Shown here piece after piece: positions 14,171 through 26,650 of a stretch of DNA of 64,000 nucleotides. A model generated the notes under the pieces. It was not told where the DNA came from. It worked only from the letters and a program-made list of their open reading frames with translations, and ran no database searches. A program made the position numbers and the translations under genes. Each line of letters opens with the position of its first letter. Positions within the stretch are counted from its first letter, which is position 1. The DNA is from Phyllobates terribilis (lineage: Eukaryota), in contig NW_027362763.1 in the NCBI RefSeq assembly GCF_046119375.1, forward strand, positions 240,684,001 through 240,748,000. Direction: 5' to 3'.

Positions 14171-16640
14171 TGGAAATACCAGGGTAGCGGTGTATAGGCA
14201 GCACTGATGCTACTTGGGGTAAGTTAGGCTAATTTTGATATCAGAGCATATGTGTAGACTAAAAAAATATAAACATGAAAAGCCTCTATAGCTGTTTAGG
14301 AATTACCGTAGTCATTTATTATACAGTTCCTCCATTTTCACAAACTCAATAGTAAGTGGACAGTTGTCTAGTAAGCAGTTTCATGTCCCGATGTGGGTTT
14401 CATTTCTTCATAGCAAATTAGGAGATAAAGGTTCTGAGGTTGAAACCAAATGATGAATTTTTTTTGGGGGTAGCTGTTTATGGTTATTATTAGTGTTGAG
14501 TGAGCACTAAAATGCTCGGGTGCTCAAAGCTCGGGCCGAGCTCACCGTGATACTCGGGTGCTCGACCCGAGCAACGAGCCCAATGTTAGTCTATGGGAGA
14601 CGCGAGCATTTTTGTTGCGGCACCCCCGGCAGTCTGTAGATAAGCCTAAAAAGTGCCCAAAACGATAGTGACAGTGCTCAAATGACATGGGGACAGCATG
14701 GGCATCGCCCCTGGAAGCATTTCTGACCCCCAGGTCACTGCTGTCAACAACGTGGTCAGAGGTATTAAGCCACTTTAACGGGCTCACAATAAAATGTTCA
14801 AAAACGAAACTGAAACGGTTTTCATGTGAAATATGTTAAGGAACTTCCTTTCCAGGGTAAAGACTTGTGTATAAGGTAAAATAAATAACCAAAAACAAAA
14901 ATACTCCTCCACACCTTGGGCTATGTTCACAAGTAGCATTTTTTATGCGTTTTTGCACTTTTGTATTGCTTTCAACCGTGACAAATGCATTCACCGGAAA
15001 ATGTCATTTTAACATTTTACAATCTTATCTGGCCATGTGGTGTGTGACACATGCATACAGTGCTGAAAAGACATGGGAATAGCATGGGGAAGACCCCTGG
15101 AAGCATCTCTGACACCCAGGTCCCTGCCTAAAAGTGGGCCCATCAGAAGTGATCCTTGCCGCATCAGAAGATGCAGACTTGCAACTATCCCCGTGCAAGT
15201 CCTTGTCCCAGGGCAGTGTTCAATCGTACCTCCCCCATTCCTTGCAATGCCACCCACCCACCCCCAGGCTGCAATACCATACTGCTAGCTTGCACTTGAA
15301 ATGGTGCCTTTTAGTTTGGAGGAGGCCGAAGCTGGCCACTACCTCATGGCTGCTTTGGCAGCGAGGTATCCATACTCAGTCCCCAGCTGCCTGACGGCCG
15401 GGTGTCCACGCTCGGTCCCCGGCCGCCAGGGGGCGGCCGGGTGTCCATACTCCTCCGGTCGGCCCAGGCTTCTCCATCAAGGGAGCTGAGAGTGCCAAGG
15501 TGAGGAGCATGATGATGATGATAGAAGTTAGCATCTGCTTTGTTTTCTTGGAATGCAAGCGTAAGTGTGCCCCCAGGCTGCAATACCATACTGCTAGCTT
15601 GCTTGCACTTGAAATTGGGGCTTTTAGGCATGTGGAGGCAGACGCCGGCCTCCATGTCATGGCTGCGTCGGCGGCCTGGTATCCATACTCAGTCCCCAGC
15701 CGCCCGGCGGCCGGGTGTCCACGCTCGGTCTCCAGCCGCCAGGGGGCGGCCGGGTGTCCATACTCGGTCCCCAGCCGCCCCGCGGCCGGGTGTCCACACA
15801 CGGTCCCCAGCCGCCTGGGGGCGGCCGGGTGTCCATAAACGGTCCCCAGCCGCCCCTATTTCCCCTTGGAACTTCCCCCCACAGTTTTCTTAGCCCGGCC
15901 TGCTTTAGGGCAGCATTGGACGAGCCCACCAGAGAACCAGACTCCTCCGGTGGGCCCTGGCTTCTCCATCAGGGGAGTTGAGAGTGCCAAGGTGAGGAGC
16001 ATGATGATGATGATAGAAGTTAGCATCTGCTTTGTTTTCTCGGAATGCAAGCGCATGTATGTAGTAGCGGCTAGGCCTGAGGTGGTCAGCGTTTTGGCGC
16101 ATATCCTACCTCCTCCGAGGATTGCTGGATGTTTTCCTGCTATTATCCCAGTTTTATGACTCCCGTTAAAACAAAGCTTCAGGTGATGAATCATGGATGA
16201 GGTGGTGGCAAAGGAGAAAGAGCAGGAGGAACAGGGACCATTCACATCAATATCAGGCCAGTCACCCACACATGTCTTGTAGGATATGTTTCTGTACCAA
16301 AAGGAGCGGTTCGGCTACACAGTTATAGGGCATGCAGTGAGTGCAATGCCGACCAAAAATTACGAGGCACTCCAATGCCCCTTGGAAGTGACATGGAGGT
16401 CAGAGGGCCTTAACTAAACCGTTTTTTCCATTTATAGCAACTGGGTCTCCTGTGCACTGTTGGCCTAAGCAGTGAATGGAAGGCTTTCCAAAAACTATGA
16501 GGAACTGCACTGCTCCTTGAAACAGACGTGGATTACAGCATACTAAAAACCTTCTACCCATTATTGGGGAGTGGGTCTCCCTTAGTGTTCGCCTATGCAT
16601 TGAAAAGGAAAAGCTGACTAAAATTAGGAGGAAATGCAAT

Positions 16641-18258
16641 GCCCCTTGGAAGAGATGTGGAGGTCGCAGTGGAATAAAAAGACAATATCAATGCCCCTGG
16701 GAAAAGTGTTGGAGGTCGCAGTAGCTTAAGAAGACGGTTTTAATGCCCCTGGTAAAAGTGGTCGAGGTCGCAGTAGCTTAAAAAGACGGTTTTAATGCCC
16801 CTTGGAAGAGACGTGGAGGTCGCAGTGGAATAAAAAGACAATATCAATGCCCCTGGGAAAAGTGGTGGAGGTCGCAGTAGCTTAACAAGACAGTTTTAAT
16901 GCCCCTTGGAAGAGACGTGGAGGTCGCAGTGGAATAAAAAGACAATATCAATGCCCCTGGGAAAAGTGGTGGAGGTCGCAGTAGCTTAACAAGACTGTTT
17001 TAATGCCCCTTGGAAGAGACGTGGAGGTCGCAGTAGCTTAACAAGATGGTTTTAATGCCCCTTGGAAGAGACATGGTGGTCGCAGTGGAATAAAAAGACA
17101 ATATCAATGCTCCTGGGAAAAGTGGTGGAGGTCGCAGTAGCTTAACAAGACGGTTTTAATGCCCCTGGGAAAAGTGGTGGGGGTCGCAGTATCTTAACAA
17201 GCCGGTTTTAATGCCCCTTGGAAGAGACGTGGAGGTCGCAGTGGAATAAAAAGACAATATCAATGCCCCTGAGAAAAGTTGTGGAGGTTGCAGTAGCTTA
17301 ACAAGACGGTTTTAATGGCCCTTGGAAGAGATGCGGAGGTCGCAGTAGCCTAACAAGACGGTTTTAATGCCCCTTGGAAGAATGGTGGAGTTCGCAGTGG
17401 AATAAAAAGACAATATCAATACCCCTTGAAAAAGTGGTGGAGGTCGCAGTAGCTTAACAAGACTGTTTTAATGCCCCTTGGAAGAGACCTGGAGGTCGCA
17501 GTGGAATAAAAAGGCAATATCAATGCCCCTGGGAAAAGTGGTGGAGGTCGCAGTAGCTTAACAAAACGGTTTTAATGCCCCTGGGAAAAGTGGTGGAGGT
17601 TGCAGTAGCTTAACAAGACGGTTTTAATGCTCCTTGGAAGAGACGTGGAGGTCGCAGTGGAATAAAAAGACAATATCAATGTCCCTGGGAAAAGTGGTGG
17701 AGGTCGCAGTAGCTTAACAAGACAGTTTTAATACCCCTTGGAAGAGACATGGAGGTCGCAGTGGAATAAAAAGACAATATCAATGCCCCTGGGAAAAGTG
17801 GTGGAGGTTGCAGTAGCTTAACAAGACGGTTTTAATGCTCCTTGGAAGAGACGTGGAGGTCGCAGTGGAATAAAAAGACAATATCAATGCCCCTGGGAAA
17901 AGTGGTGGAGGTTGCAGTAGCTTAACAAGACTGTTTTAATGGCCCTTGGAAGGGACGTGGAGGTCGCAGTAGCTTAACAAGACGGTTTTAATGCCCCTTG
18001 GAAGAGACGTGGAGGTCGCAGTAGCTTAACAAGACTGTTTTAATGCCCCTTGGAAGAGACGTGGAGGTCGCAGTAGCTTAGCAAGACGGTTTTAATGCCC
18101 CTTAGAAATGTGGTGGAGGTTGCAGTAGCTTAACAAGACGGTTTTAATGCCCCTTGGAAGAATGGTGGAGTTCGCAGTGGAATAAAAAGACAATATCAAT
18201 ACCCCTTGAAAAAGTTGTGGAGGTCGCAGTAGCTTAACAAGACGGTTTTCATGCCCCT
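16641..18258. repeat. About 31 copies of a 52-bp tandem unit with A/B higher-order alternation
   Basis: Unit A CCCCTTGGAAGAGACGTGGAGGTCGCAGTGGAATAAAAAGACAATATCAATG; unit B CCCCTGGGAAAAGTGGTGGAGGTCGCAGTAGCTTAACAAGACGGTTTTAATG; hybrid units also present. Confidence 0.95.
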
Positions 18259-18548
18259 TACAAGAGCCATGCAGTACAGCATATTTAAAACATTATTCCC
18301 ATTATTGGGGAGTGGGTCTCCCATAGTCTTTGCCTTTGCCTTCCAAGCAAAAGCTGCCAATAATTAGGACGGAGGAACTTGCAATGCTGGCCACACGGAC
18401 CACGGTCACCCTGGTGGTATAGTGGTGGTGGAGGCTGAGGATAAGGAGAAGAGCAAAATATAGCTGAAATGAGGAAGCGTATAACCATGTGTGGGTGTGA
18501 AGCAGTGCATGGGAATACACCTCCTGAAATAACACAGTGAATTTGACT

Positions 18549-19109
18549 TTATGTTACTCTGCTGTCATTTGGTGGTGATGAGAAGTCTGGCCCAATCCAG
18601 CCCTTGTTCATTTTGATAAGGGTCAGCTTGTCAGCATTGTCAGTTGACAGGCGAGTGCGCTTATCAGTTATAATTCCCCCAGAGGCACTAAAAACACGCT
18701 CCGATAACACACTAGCGGCATGACAGGCCAGGACCTCCAAGGCGTACAGAGCGAGATCATTCCAAGTGTCCAGCTTGGATACCCAATAATTAAAAGGCAC
18801 AGAGGAATCACGGAGGATGCTGGTACGGTCGGCAAGGTACTCCCTCACCATCTTTTGAAACTTTCCACTCCTTGTGAGAGTACCCCGCGCCTCGGGGCCT
18901 GTAAGCTGGGCAGGTCTCAGAAAACTGTCCCAGAATGTTGACAGTGTTCCCCTGCCTCTGCTGGATTGGAGTTGCGTCTCTCTCGCCTGTATGCCTTGGT
19001 TGGTCGACGAACTGTGACCTCTGCTGCTAGCGTGTTCAGATGGAAAAAATTTTAACAGTTCTGCAGCAAGGGCCGTCTGGTACTTCCACATTTGTGTGGA
19101 CCTCTCCAC
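18549..19109 (-). pseudogene. hAT (ZBED-like) transposase C-terminal dimerisation domain, 5' truncated
   Basis: YWVSKLDTWNDLALYALEVLACHAASVLSERVFSASGGIITDKRTRLS fits the hAT dimerisation consensus (W...LA..A..L..PA.S..SERVFS). The upstream sequence stops at RCKENF near 19146. Confidence 0.9.
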
Positions 19110-20654
19110 CTCAGGAATAAGAGAGTGAAAGTTCTCCTTGCACCTTAATGCAAAAACAGCTGTAGTAATGTCAAAGTGGACTCACCATAGAAACAGATGG
19201 TAACCCGGTAGTAACCAACAGCCCATTTAACACAGTACACTGACAGACTTATCATGTTATTTAAAATTAAAAATAGTTCCAAAAATTATCCCTCTTTGTC
19301 ATTTGTGATCAGGCAGAGAGTTCTGTGCAGAACTGACTCAAACTGACAGCTTTTAGAGGTAATATCATATTTCTGTGGCTCAGATAAGTGATGAGCCATT
19401 TATTCCATTACACCCTTCACTTCCTCCCCACTAATATACTTGCTGGAGGTAATGGAGGCCAATTGTGGCCTGTATTTGGTAATACTGCTGCCCAAATGGC
19501 TAATGCTGGTGCTTCTGCTGGTGCTTCTGCTGGTGCTAGTGGTGCGCAGATTCTTAGTCGCGGTTACTATCTTTTTTTTATACTCCCTGTCCTTTGCCGT
19601 CGCCACTTTTTCTTTTCTCATACATTTTGCTCAACGCTATAATTAACTTTTGAGAATTTTTTCAACCCCAATCATTCAACATTTGCCAGAGAGTGTGCAA
19701 TAATAAATGCTAGGTAGTTAAGTACACATACAGAAATCAAAATGTGTTAGCAGGCCGCAATACAATTGTGGCATGTATGGTTGTTAAATTGGTTAAATGT
19801 CTACATTTTTTTTGTATTGTTTTTGAACAAAATTCAACTGCCTCTGAAAAATTATGTAAAAAGAAATGGTACTAAAATAGATGTACAAAACATTAAAAAA
19901 TAGTTTGCGACATGCACAGTTTGTGAGGTAGACAGTCACAGTTAAATGTAGCCTAAAGTGGAAGCTGCATTCCATCCCTAGGCTTTTATACAGTCTATGA
20001 TAGTCACTCCCAATTGGCTGTGTTATACCATGTGATGTGATAGCTGAAAGGCATTATGAGGAGGCCCATGTGGTCAAGCTTGAGGTCCTATCAGCCTTTT
20101 GTAATTGAGGCAATCTTCTCCGATGTGCAAAAAGTCATCAGGCTCTTTTTGGGGGTGATTCGTTCAAATTCAATCACATATTGTTTGAATTTGCTGGGAC
20201 CTGTAAATATTTACTTACTAAGTAATAAAGCCTAAGAGTCTCTTTAGGCATTGTTTTCATTCGTATGTTATAAGTCCAAAAAATGTCTCATAAACATTAA
20301 CAATTGTGGGCCTATGTGTCTTTGCTATGTATTTATTCAAATATAGTCAAAAGCTGCTTGATAAGAGGTAAGCTCAAAGAAGGAGGATGAAAGTTATATG
20401 GAGATAGAGGGGGGGAAGGAGATTTCTGAAGCAAGTACAGCTTCATAGAGTAAGCTATGATATTGTATACAGAAGAGGTCCAAAAGGTAAGGAAAGACTA
20501 AGAAATATGAGTGTCAACCCTTAAGTACGGAATACAGGGGCCAGTATAGAAATCAAACCATGGCCACCATATTTTCTTAAATTTGTCATATGGGTGTAAT
20601 TCCATGTGGGAGAATTCCTCCATTCTGGTAGGGTGACCTAACACATATAGAGTA

Positions 20655-22198
20655 CAGTGGTGTGAAAAAGTGTTTGCCCCCTTCCTGATTTCTTAGACAA
20701 AGATAACACAAGTAAACACAAAATGCAGTTTTTAAATGAAGGTCATTATTATCAAGGGAAAAAGAAATCCCCCCAAAAAGCAAAACAAAACCCATAAATT
20801 AACTGTGGTTTATCACATTTTTGGGAAGCGGATTTCAATTTCCCTAGCCACACACAGGCCTGATTACTGCCACACCTGTTCTCAATAAAGAAATCACTTA
20901 AATAGGACCTTCCTGATAAAGTGAAGTATACCTAAAAATCCTCAAAAGCTAGACATCATGCTGCAATCCAAGAAAGTTCAGGAACAAATGAGAAACAAAG
21001 TAATTGAGATCTATCAGTCTGGAAAAGGATATAAAGCCATTTCTAAAGCTTTGGGACTCCAGTGAACTACAATGAGAGCCATTATCCACAAATGGCAAAA
21101 ACATGGAACAGTGGAGAACCTTCTCAGGAGTGGCCGGCCGACCAAAATTACCCCCAAAATGCTGCGACGACACATCCAAGAGGTCACAAAAGACCCCACA
21201 ACAACATCCAAAGAATTGCAGGCCTCACTTGCCTCAGTTAAGGTCAGTGTTCATGACACCACCATAAGAAAGAGACTGGACAAAAATGGCATGCATGGCA
21301 GAGTTCCAAGATGAAAACCACTGTTGAGCAAAAAGAATATAAAGGATCGTCTCGGTTTTGCCAGAAAACATCTTGATGATCGTGAAGACTTTTGGGAGAA
21401 TGCCTTATAGACTGATGAGACAAAAGTTGAACTTTTTGGAAGGTGTATTTCCCATTACATCGAGCGTAGAAGTGACACAGCATTTCAGAAAAGGAACATC
21501 ATACAAACAGTAAGATATGGTGGTGGTAGTGTGATAGTTTGGGGTTGTTTTGCTGATACAGGACCTGGAAGACTTGCTGTGGTAAATGGAACCATAAATT
21601 CTGCTGTCTACCAAAAAATACTGAAGGAGAACGTCTGGCCATCTGTTCATAATCTTAAATTGAAGCGCACTTGGGTTATGCAGCAGGGCAATTATCCAAA
21701 ACATACCAGCGAGTCCACCTCTGAATGGCTTAGGAAAAACAAAATTAAGACTTTAAAGTAGCCTAGTCAGAGTCCTGACCTTAAACCGATTGAGATGCTG
21801 TGGCATGACCGTAACGAGGTGGTTCATGCTTGGAAACCCTCCAATGTGGCTGAATTACAACAATTTTGCAAAGATGAGTGGGCCAAAATTCCTCCAGAGC
21901 GTTGTAAAAGACTCATTGCCAGTTACCGCAAATGCTTGATTGGAGTTGTTGCTGCTAAGGGTGGCCCAACCAGTTATTAGGTTTAGGGGTGCAATCACTT
22001 TTTCACACATGCCCTGTAGGTTTGTATTTCTTTTTCCCTTAATAATAAAGACCTTCATTTAAAAACTGTATTTCGTGTTTACTTGTGTTATCTTTGTCTA
22101 ATATTTAAATTTGTTTTGTGATTTGAGACATTTAAGTGTGACAAATATGCAAAAGAATAAGAAATCAGGAAGGAGGCAAACACTTTTTCACACCACTG
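20655..22198 (+). mobile_element. Tc1 transposon (third family)
   Basis: TA-CAGTGGTGTGAAAAAGTGTTTGCC ... GGCAAACACTTTTTCACACCACTG-TA. The left TIR is internally deleted relative to the right. Confidence 0.93.
20958..21980 (+). pseudogene. Tc1 transposase pseudogene
   Basis: Contains HGTVENL.RSGRPTKITP, TDETKVELFG, VWGCFADTGPG and SPDLKPIEMLW. Several in-frame stops, including TGA at likely former CGA codons (CpG decay, inference). Confidence 0.9.
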
Positions 22199-22210
22199 TA
22201 TGTCCCTCAT

Positions 22211-23841
22211 TAGGACCGGCGTCACCACCCGGCGCACCCGGGCAAGTGCCAGGGCCCTGAGCAAGTGGGGGGACCCACTCACCGTCGGATACACTGGCAT
22301 GCTATGGAGCCCGTGAGTCGGGGGAGCCCGGTGCCAGCGCCTGTGAGTGGGCCCCCTCGCTTGCTTAGGTCCCCGGCACTTACAATACTTACCTCTCCCT
22401 GTTCCACCGCAGTTCCAGTGTCTTTCACATCTTCCGACTCTGTGATGCCACTACAACATGCCCTCTGCTCTGAGCAGTCACAGTGCAGAGAGCAGGAAGA
22501 CACTGAGGAGTCCGGGGCACTGCTGCTGGCAACGAGATGTGAGTATTTAATTTTTTTCTGTATGGAGCAATTTATGGGGCCCATACTGTATAGAGCATTA
22601 TATGGTGCCCATACTGTATGGAGCATTATATGGGGCCCATTCTGTATGGAGCATTATATGGTGCCCATACTGTATGGAGCATTATATGGGGCCCATACTG
22701 TATGGAGCTATATATAGAGCCCATTCTGTATGGAGCATTATATGGTGCCCATACTGTATGGAGCATTATATGGGGCCCATACTGTATGGAGCATTATATG
22801 GGGCCCATACTGTATGGAGCTATATATAGAGCCCATACTGTATGGAGCATTATATTGGTCCCATACTGTATGGAGCATTATATGGGGCCCATACTGTATG
22901 GAGCTATATATAGAGCCCATACTGTATGGAGCATTATATTGGTCCCATACTGTATGGAGCAATATATGGGGCCCATACTGTGTGGAGCATTACATGTGGT
23001 ACATATTGTATGGGTCATTATATGGGGCCAATACTGTATGGAGCTATATATGGGGCCCATTCTGTATGGAGCATTATCTGGGGTCCATTATTCTGTATTG
23101 AGCATTATAGGGGGTCCATTATTCTGTATGGAGCATTATATGGGGCCCATTATTCTGTATGGAGCATTATATGAGGTCCATTATTCTGTATGGAGCATTA
23201 TATGGGGTCCATTATTCTGTATGGAGCATTATACGAGGCCCATTATTCTGTATGGAGCATTATTTGAGGTCCATTCTGTATGGAGCATTATATGGGGTCC
23301 ATTATTCTGTATGGAGCATTATATGAGGCCCATTTTTTCAGTATGTTGTATTATATGGGGTCTATTATTCTGTATGTAGCAATATATGGGGCTCATTATT
23401 CTGTATGAAGCAATATATGGGGCCATTATTCTGTATGGCACATTATATGGAGTCCATTATTCTGCATGAAACAATATATGAGACTCATTCTGTATGAAGC
23501 ATTATATGGAGCACATTATATTGTATGGAGCAATATATGGGGCTCATTATTCTGTATGAAGCACTATGTGGTGCCCATAATACTGTATGGAGGGCTTAGT
23601 GGTGCCCATAATACTGTATGGAGGACTATACTGTCCGGTCTGCACTGTGCGCTGTGAGGATTCGCCGGTTTCTGAGCTATTGTAGAATTTACAATAGATA
23701 TCGCTCATGTAACGTAAGAAGTGAAATCTTTGGCATTGCACTATATCCACCATATCTCTGCTTCATGAATTGTGATATGTGTTAAAGAGGACCACTGAGA
23801 CTCTTTTGCCCGGGGCCCACAAAAACCTGAAGCAGGCCCTG
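22211..23841 (+). mobile_element. Non-autonomous hAT element carrying a minisatellite
   Basis: Ends TAGGACCGGC / GCAGGCCCTG; 8-bp TSD TCCCTCAT (22203-22210 and 23842-23849). Sister of 33623-40134. Confidence 0.9.
22557..23635. repeat. 30-33-bp minisatellite (CTGTATGGAGCATTATATGGGGCCCATA variants)
   Basis: About 34 tandem degenerate copies; these produce the repetitive ORFs at 22602-23379. Confidence 0.95.
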
Positions 23842-23944
23842 TCCCTCATCCTGTTGCATTTTGTATTCCTCTCGCTGTTTATCATAAGATCCTGTCCTTA
23901 TACAAATCATGATGTGCCAAGGTGAGAATAAGCGGCTCCTTGTC

Positions 23945-25360
23945 CCAACCCTCCATTATACAGTATGGAGCAGTATAAGACAGGGCTGTCCTCTGTCCCC
24001 TCTACTTTGTATTCTAATTACGGAAACATTCATCCAAAAATTGAGACAGAAACCAGTGCTAGAAGATCTTAAAATAGGTGGTACTACTCATGCTACTGCT
24101 GCATTCACCCACAACCTCCTTATTATTTCTAAAAATGTCTACGCAGCACTTCCCTGCCTGGCACAAATCTTTGATTAGCTTGGATTGTGCTCTACTGTTT
24201 TAAAGGGGGTCCCATTTAATTTTTTTGTTATGGGTCCTCTTCACCTATGGATATCCCCAACATTTAGATTGACTTAGTGTATAATTTCAAGTTGTTGAAT
24301 ATCTATAATCTGCTTAACTGGCGACAGAAAATTACCTCAGTATCAACAATATATAATAGCTAAGAGGTATCTCTTAAAATATAACCTTTAATAAATCTCT
24401 AAAAATAATTTATACCTCTGATATCCAATACCAGCTATTCATTAGCCCATATTAACTTCAGGACACATGATATGACCACCTAAAAATGTAATGGCCGATG
24501 ATGTTTGTCTGGTCCTGGCCGTTAAAAACTTAAACAATAGTAAAGTGCTATCATGCTTAACCACCATTAATAGTGTGTGTAGATTTCATCCATTTCTTGC
24601 ATATTGACATCATCTAGGGTTTTTTATCCAGTTCACTCAATTTATTCTTTAAGGATAAAGAAATCTACCCTGTCGTGCCCCTGGTGTTAGCTCCTGCCCT
24701 GACAACACATACTATTAATGTTGGTTAAGCATGATAGCACTTTATTATTGTTTAAGTTATTTAACGGTCAGGACCAGACGAACATCATCGGCCATGACAT
24801 TTTTAGGTGGTCATATCATGGGTCCTGAAGTTAATAGGGGCTAATGAATAGTTGATATTGGATATCAGAGGTATAAATTATTCTTAGAGATTTATTAAAG
24901 GTTATATTTTAAGAGATACCTCTTAGCTATTATATATCATTTCAAGTTGTAAAAGATAACCTGAGATAATGACACAGGTGAAACACCCAGAAAGCTTTTT
25001 AAAGAGCAAAAGTAGCCTTAATCTACATAATCCTTTGCAATAAAGAACGAGCAGTACACATTCTTTACATTCTATACAATGCTTCAGCCAAAATTTGTAA
25101 AACTATCAACCTCTTACCAAGTAGAATTTGACTATATCTGAATACATACATAGCAAAGAGACATTAGCCCACAATTATTAATACTAATGCCTCATTTTTG
25201 GACTTACACCATATGAATGAAAACAATACCTAAATGACTGTTAGGCTTCATTACAATTAATACAAGTAAGTCCGAATCCCTAGGAAATGAATGGCCAAAA
25301 GACCTTTGTGAGACTTTAACATACCCTTCCACATCAAATAAAATTTTAATAAATATCTAG
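23945..25360 (+). mobile_element. Old L1-clade LINE RT fragments, interrupted
   Basis: SIRQGCPLSPLLCILITETFIQKLRQ...KIGG (23950-24130) fits the L1 RT motif RQGCPLSP. INTSKSES and KYLGIK remnants appear near 25257-25352. Confidence 0.65.
24349..24937. repeat. Long inverted repeat, about 240-bp arms with about 120-bp spacer
   Basis: ATATATAATAGCTAAGAGGTATCTCTTAAAATATAACC... at 24349 is mirrored by ...GGTTATATTTTAAGAGATACCTCTTAGCTATTATATAT ending at 24937. Confidence 0.88.
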
Positions 25361-26065
25361 GAATAAAACTTGCGCCATCCCCGCTTTCTGGTACAAAAAA
25401 AATCCAAATAAATTTGTGAAATACGTTATTATCTTAAATCGCAAAGCTAGGCTCTGTTGGTGTCCATCTTTTTTTTTTTTTAAAGACAAAAGTGTAGTCT
25501 ACTATACTTTTGTGTACATGTAAAAAAGACGGAAGCCTTTTGATCACAATCAGGATTATAAAGTGACTCATTATTTGCCTCATTATAGTGAATGGCTCTA
25601 TTTCGGGTTCTGCCTGAATCCCATTAATTTTTGGGGTTTAAGAAAGAAACTTTGATGCAATGCTTAGCGTAGCGTGCAGGGTAAATGTGAGCCAGGCTTA
25701 AACTGCTGTAGGTGTGATAACTTACTCTCCTTTCTGCCACTCTGCTCAACGTACAAAATAATCAGGTCAGATCTGAAGTTATATTCTGTTTTGCTCTATA
25801 CAGTATAGTCTGCTGGGAACATTTACTTATATCACCTATTAGACTGCTTGTTACCCTATAGGGCAGGGTCCTCGGCTCGAGGATCTCTGCCAACTTGGTG
25901 CATTAGCACAAGGTCTAGCAAACAGTTAGGAGGAGGTCTCGAGATGGTGACTTTTGTGAATAGGCCTTCAAAGAAGAGCAGATCTGGATGCGCATTACGT
26001 GGTTGGAGGGAGGGGAGAAGGGGGATATATACGGTAAGCTTGAGATAGTATGATACTATTACTTA

Positions 26066-26295
26066 AGCCACGGCCCCACTATCAGTATTTGGTCAGTATT
26101 CGGTCAGTATATTTTCTCAGGAGTGGGAGCCAAAACCAGATGAGGAACAGTCAGAGAAAAAGTATAATAGAAACAAGTCACCAATTCTGCATTTATCACC
26201 CACTCCTGGTTTTGGCTCCAACTCCAGAGAAACACACTCCTGAGAAAAAATACTGACTGAATACTGACCAAATACTGATAGTGGGGCCGGTGGCC
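26066..26295. mobile_element. PIF/Harbinger-like palindromic MITE
   Basis: TTA-AGCCACGGCCCCACTATCAGTATTTGGTCAG ... CTGACCAAATACTGATAGTGGGGCCGGTGGCC-TTA; 3-bp TTA TSD. Confidence 0.75.
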
Positions 26296-26339
26296 TTAGA
26301 GGAGTTTTGAAGCTGCATGCTTGCCAGTATGGTGGGAGT

Positions 26340-26650
26340 TAGTGATGAACGAGTATGTTCTGTTAACCCTTTTGGCAAGCATGCTCGGGTGCTCGCCACG
26401 TATCTTCAGCGTGCTCGGGTGTTATGTTTTAGTCACGCTGTGCGCATGATTTGCGACTGTTTGACAGCTTTAATGCATGTGAGGAATGCCTAAGAAACAA
26501 GCATCCCTCACATGTATTAAAGCTGCCAAACAGTCGCAAATCATGCGCACGGAGTGACTCAAACATAACGCCTGAGCACACTGAAGATACTCGGGAAACA
26601 CTCGAGCATGCTCGTAAATCTCGAGTAACGAGCATGCTCGCTCATCACTA
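26340..26650. mobile_element. hAT MITE, TAGTGATGA(A/G)CGAG family
   Basis: TIRs present; TSD GTGGGAGT (26332-26339 and 26651-26658). Confidence 0.92.

Larger units (their letters stand above)
14491..19146 (-). mobile_element. Truncated hAT transposon (3' part of a transposase-bearing element)
   Basis: The terminus TAGTGTTGAGTGAGC at 14491 matches the MITE family TIR. There is an internal duplication (about 15300-15560 and 15610-16060), a 52-bp tandem array and a transposase C-terminus. The opposite end was not found, so no TSD could be checked. Confidence 0.8.

Noticed and set aside
16641-18258. CRISPR-like appearance of the regular array
   Set aside because: Units are contiguous homologous repeats with no unique spacers, there are no cas genes, and the context is eukaryotic.
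19186-19239. 54-nt minus-strand exon candidate CTVLNGLLVTTGLPSVSM, faintly like SLC37-family NGL..TTG.PSV
   Set aside because: Too short, the acceptor is weak, its phase does not join the 13674 candidate, and no neighbouring SLC37-like exons were found.
19498-19545. 12-bp repeat giving AGASAGASAGAS
   Set aside because: A short simple repeat with no supporting gene structure.
22602-23379. Repetitive ORFs of the YGALYGAHTVWS type
   Set aside because: They are translations of the 30-33-bp minisatellite.
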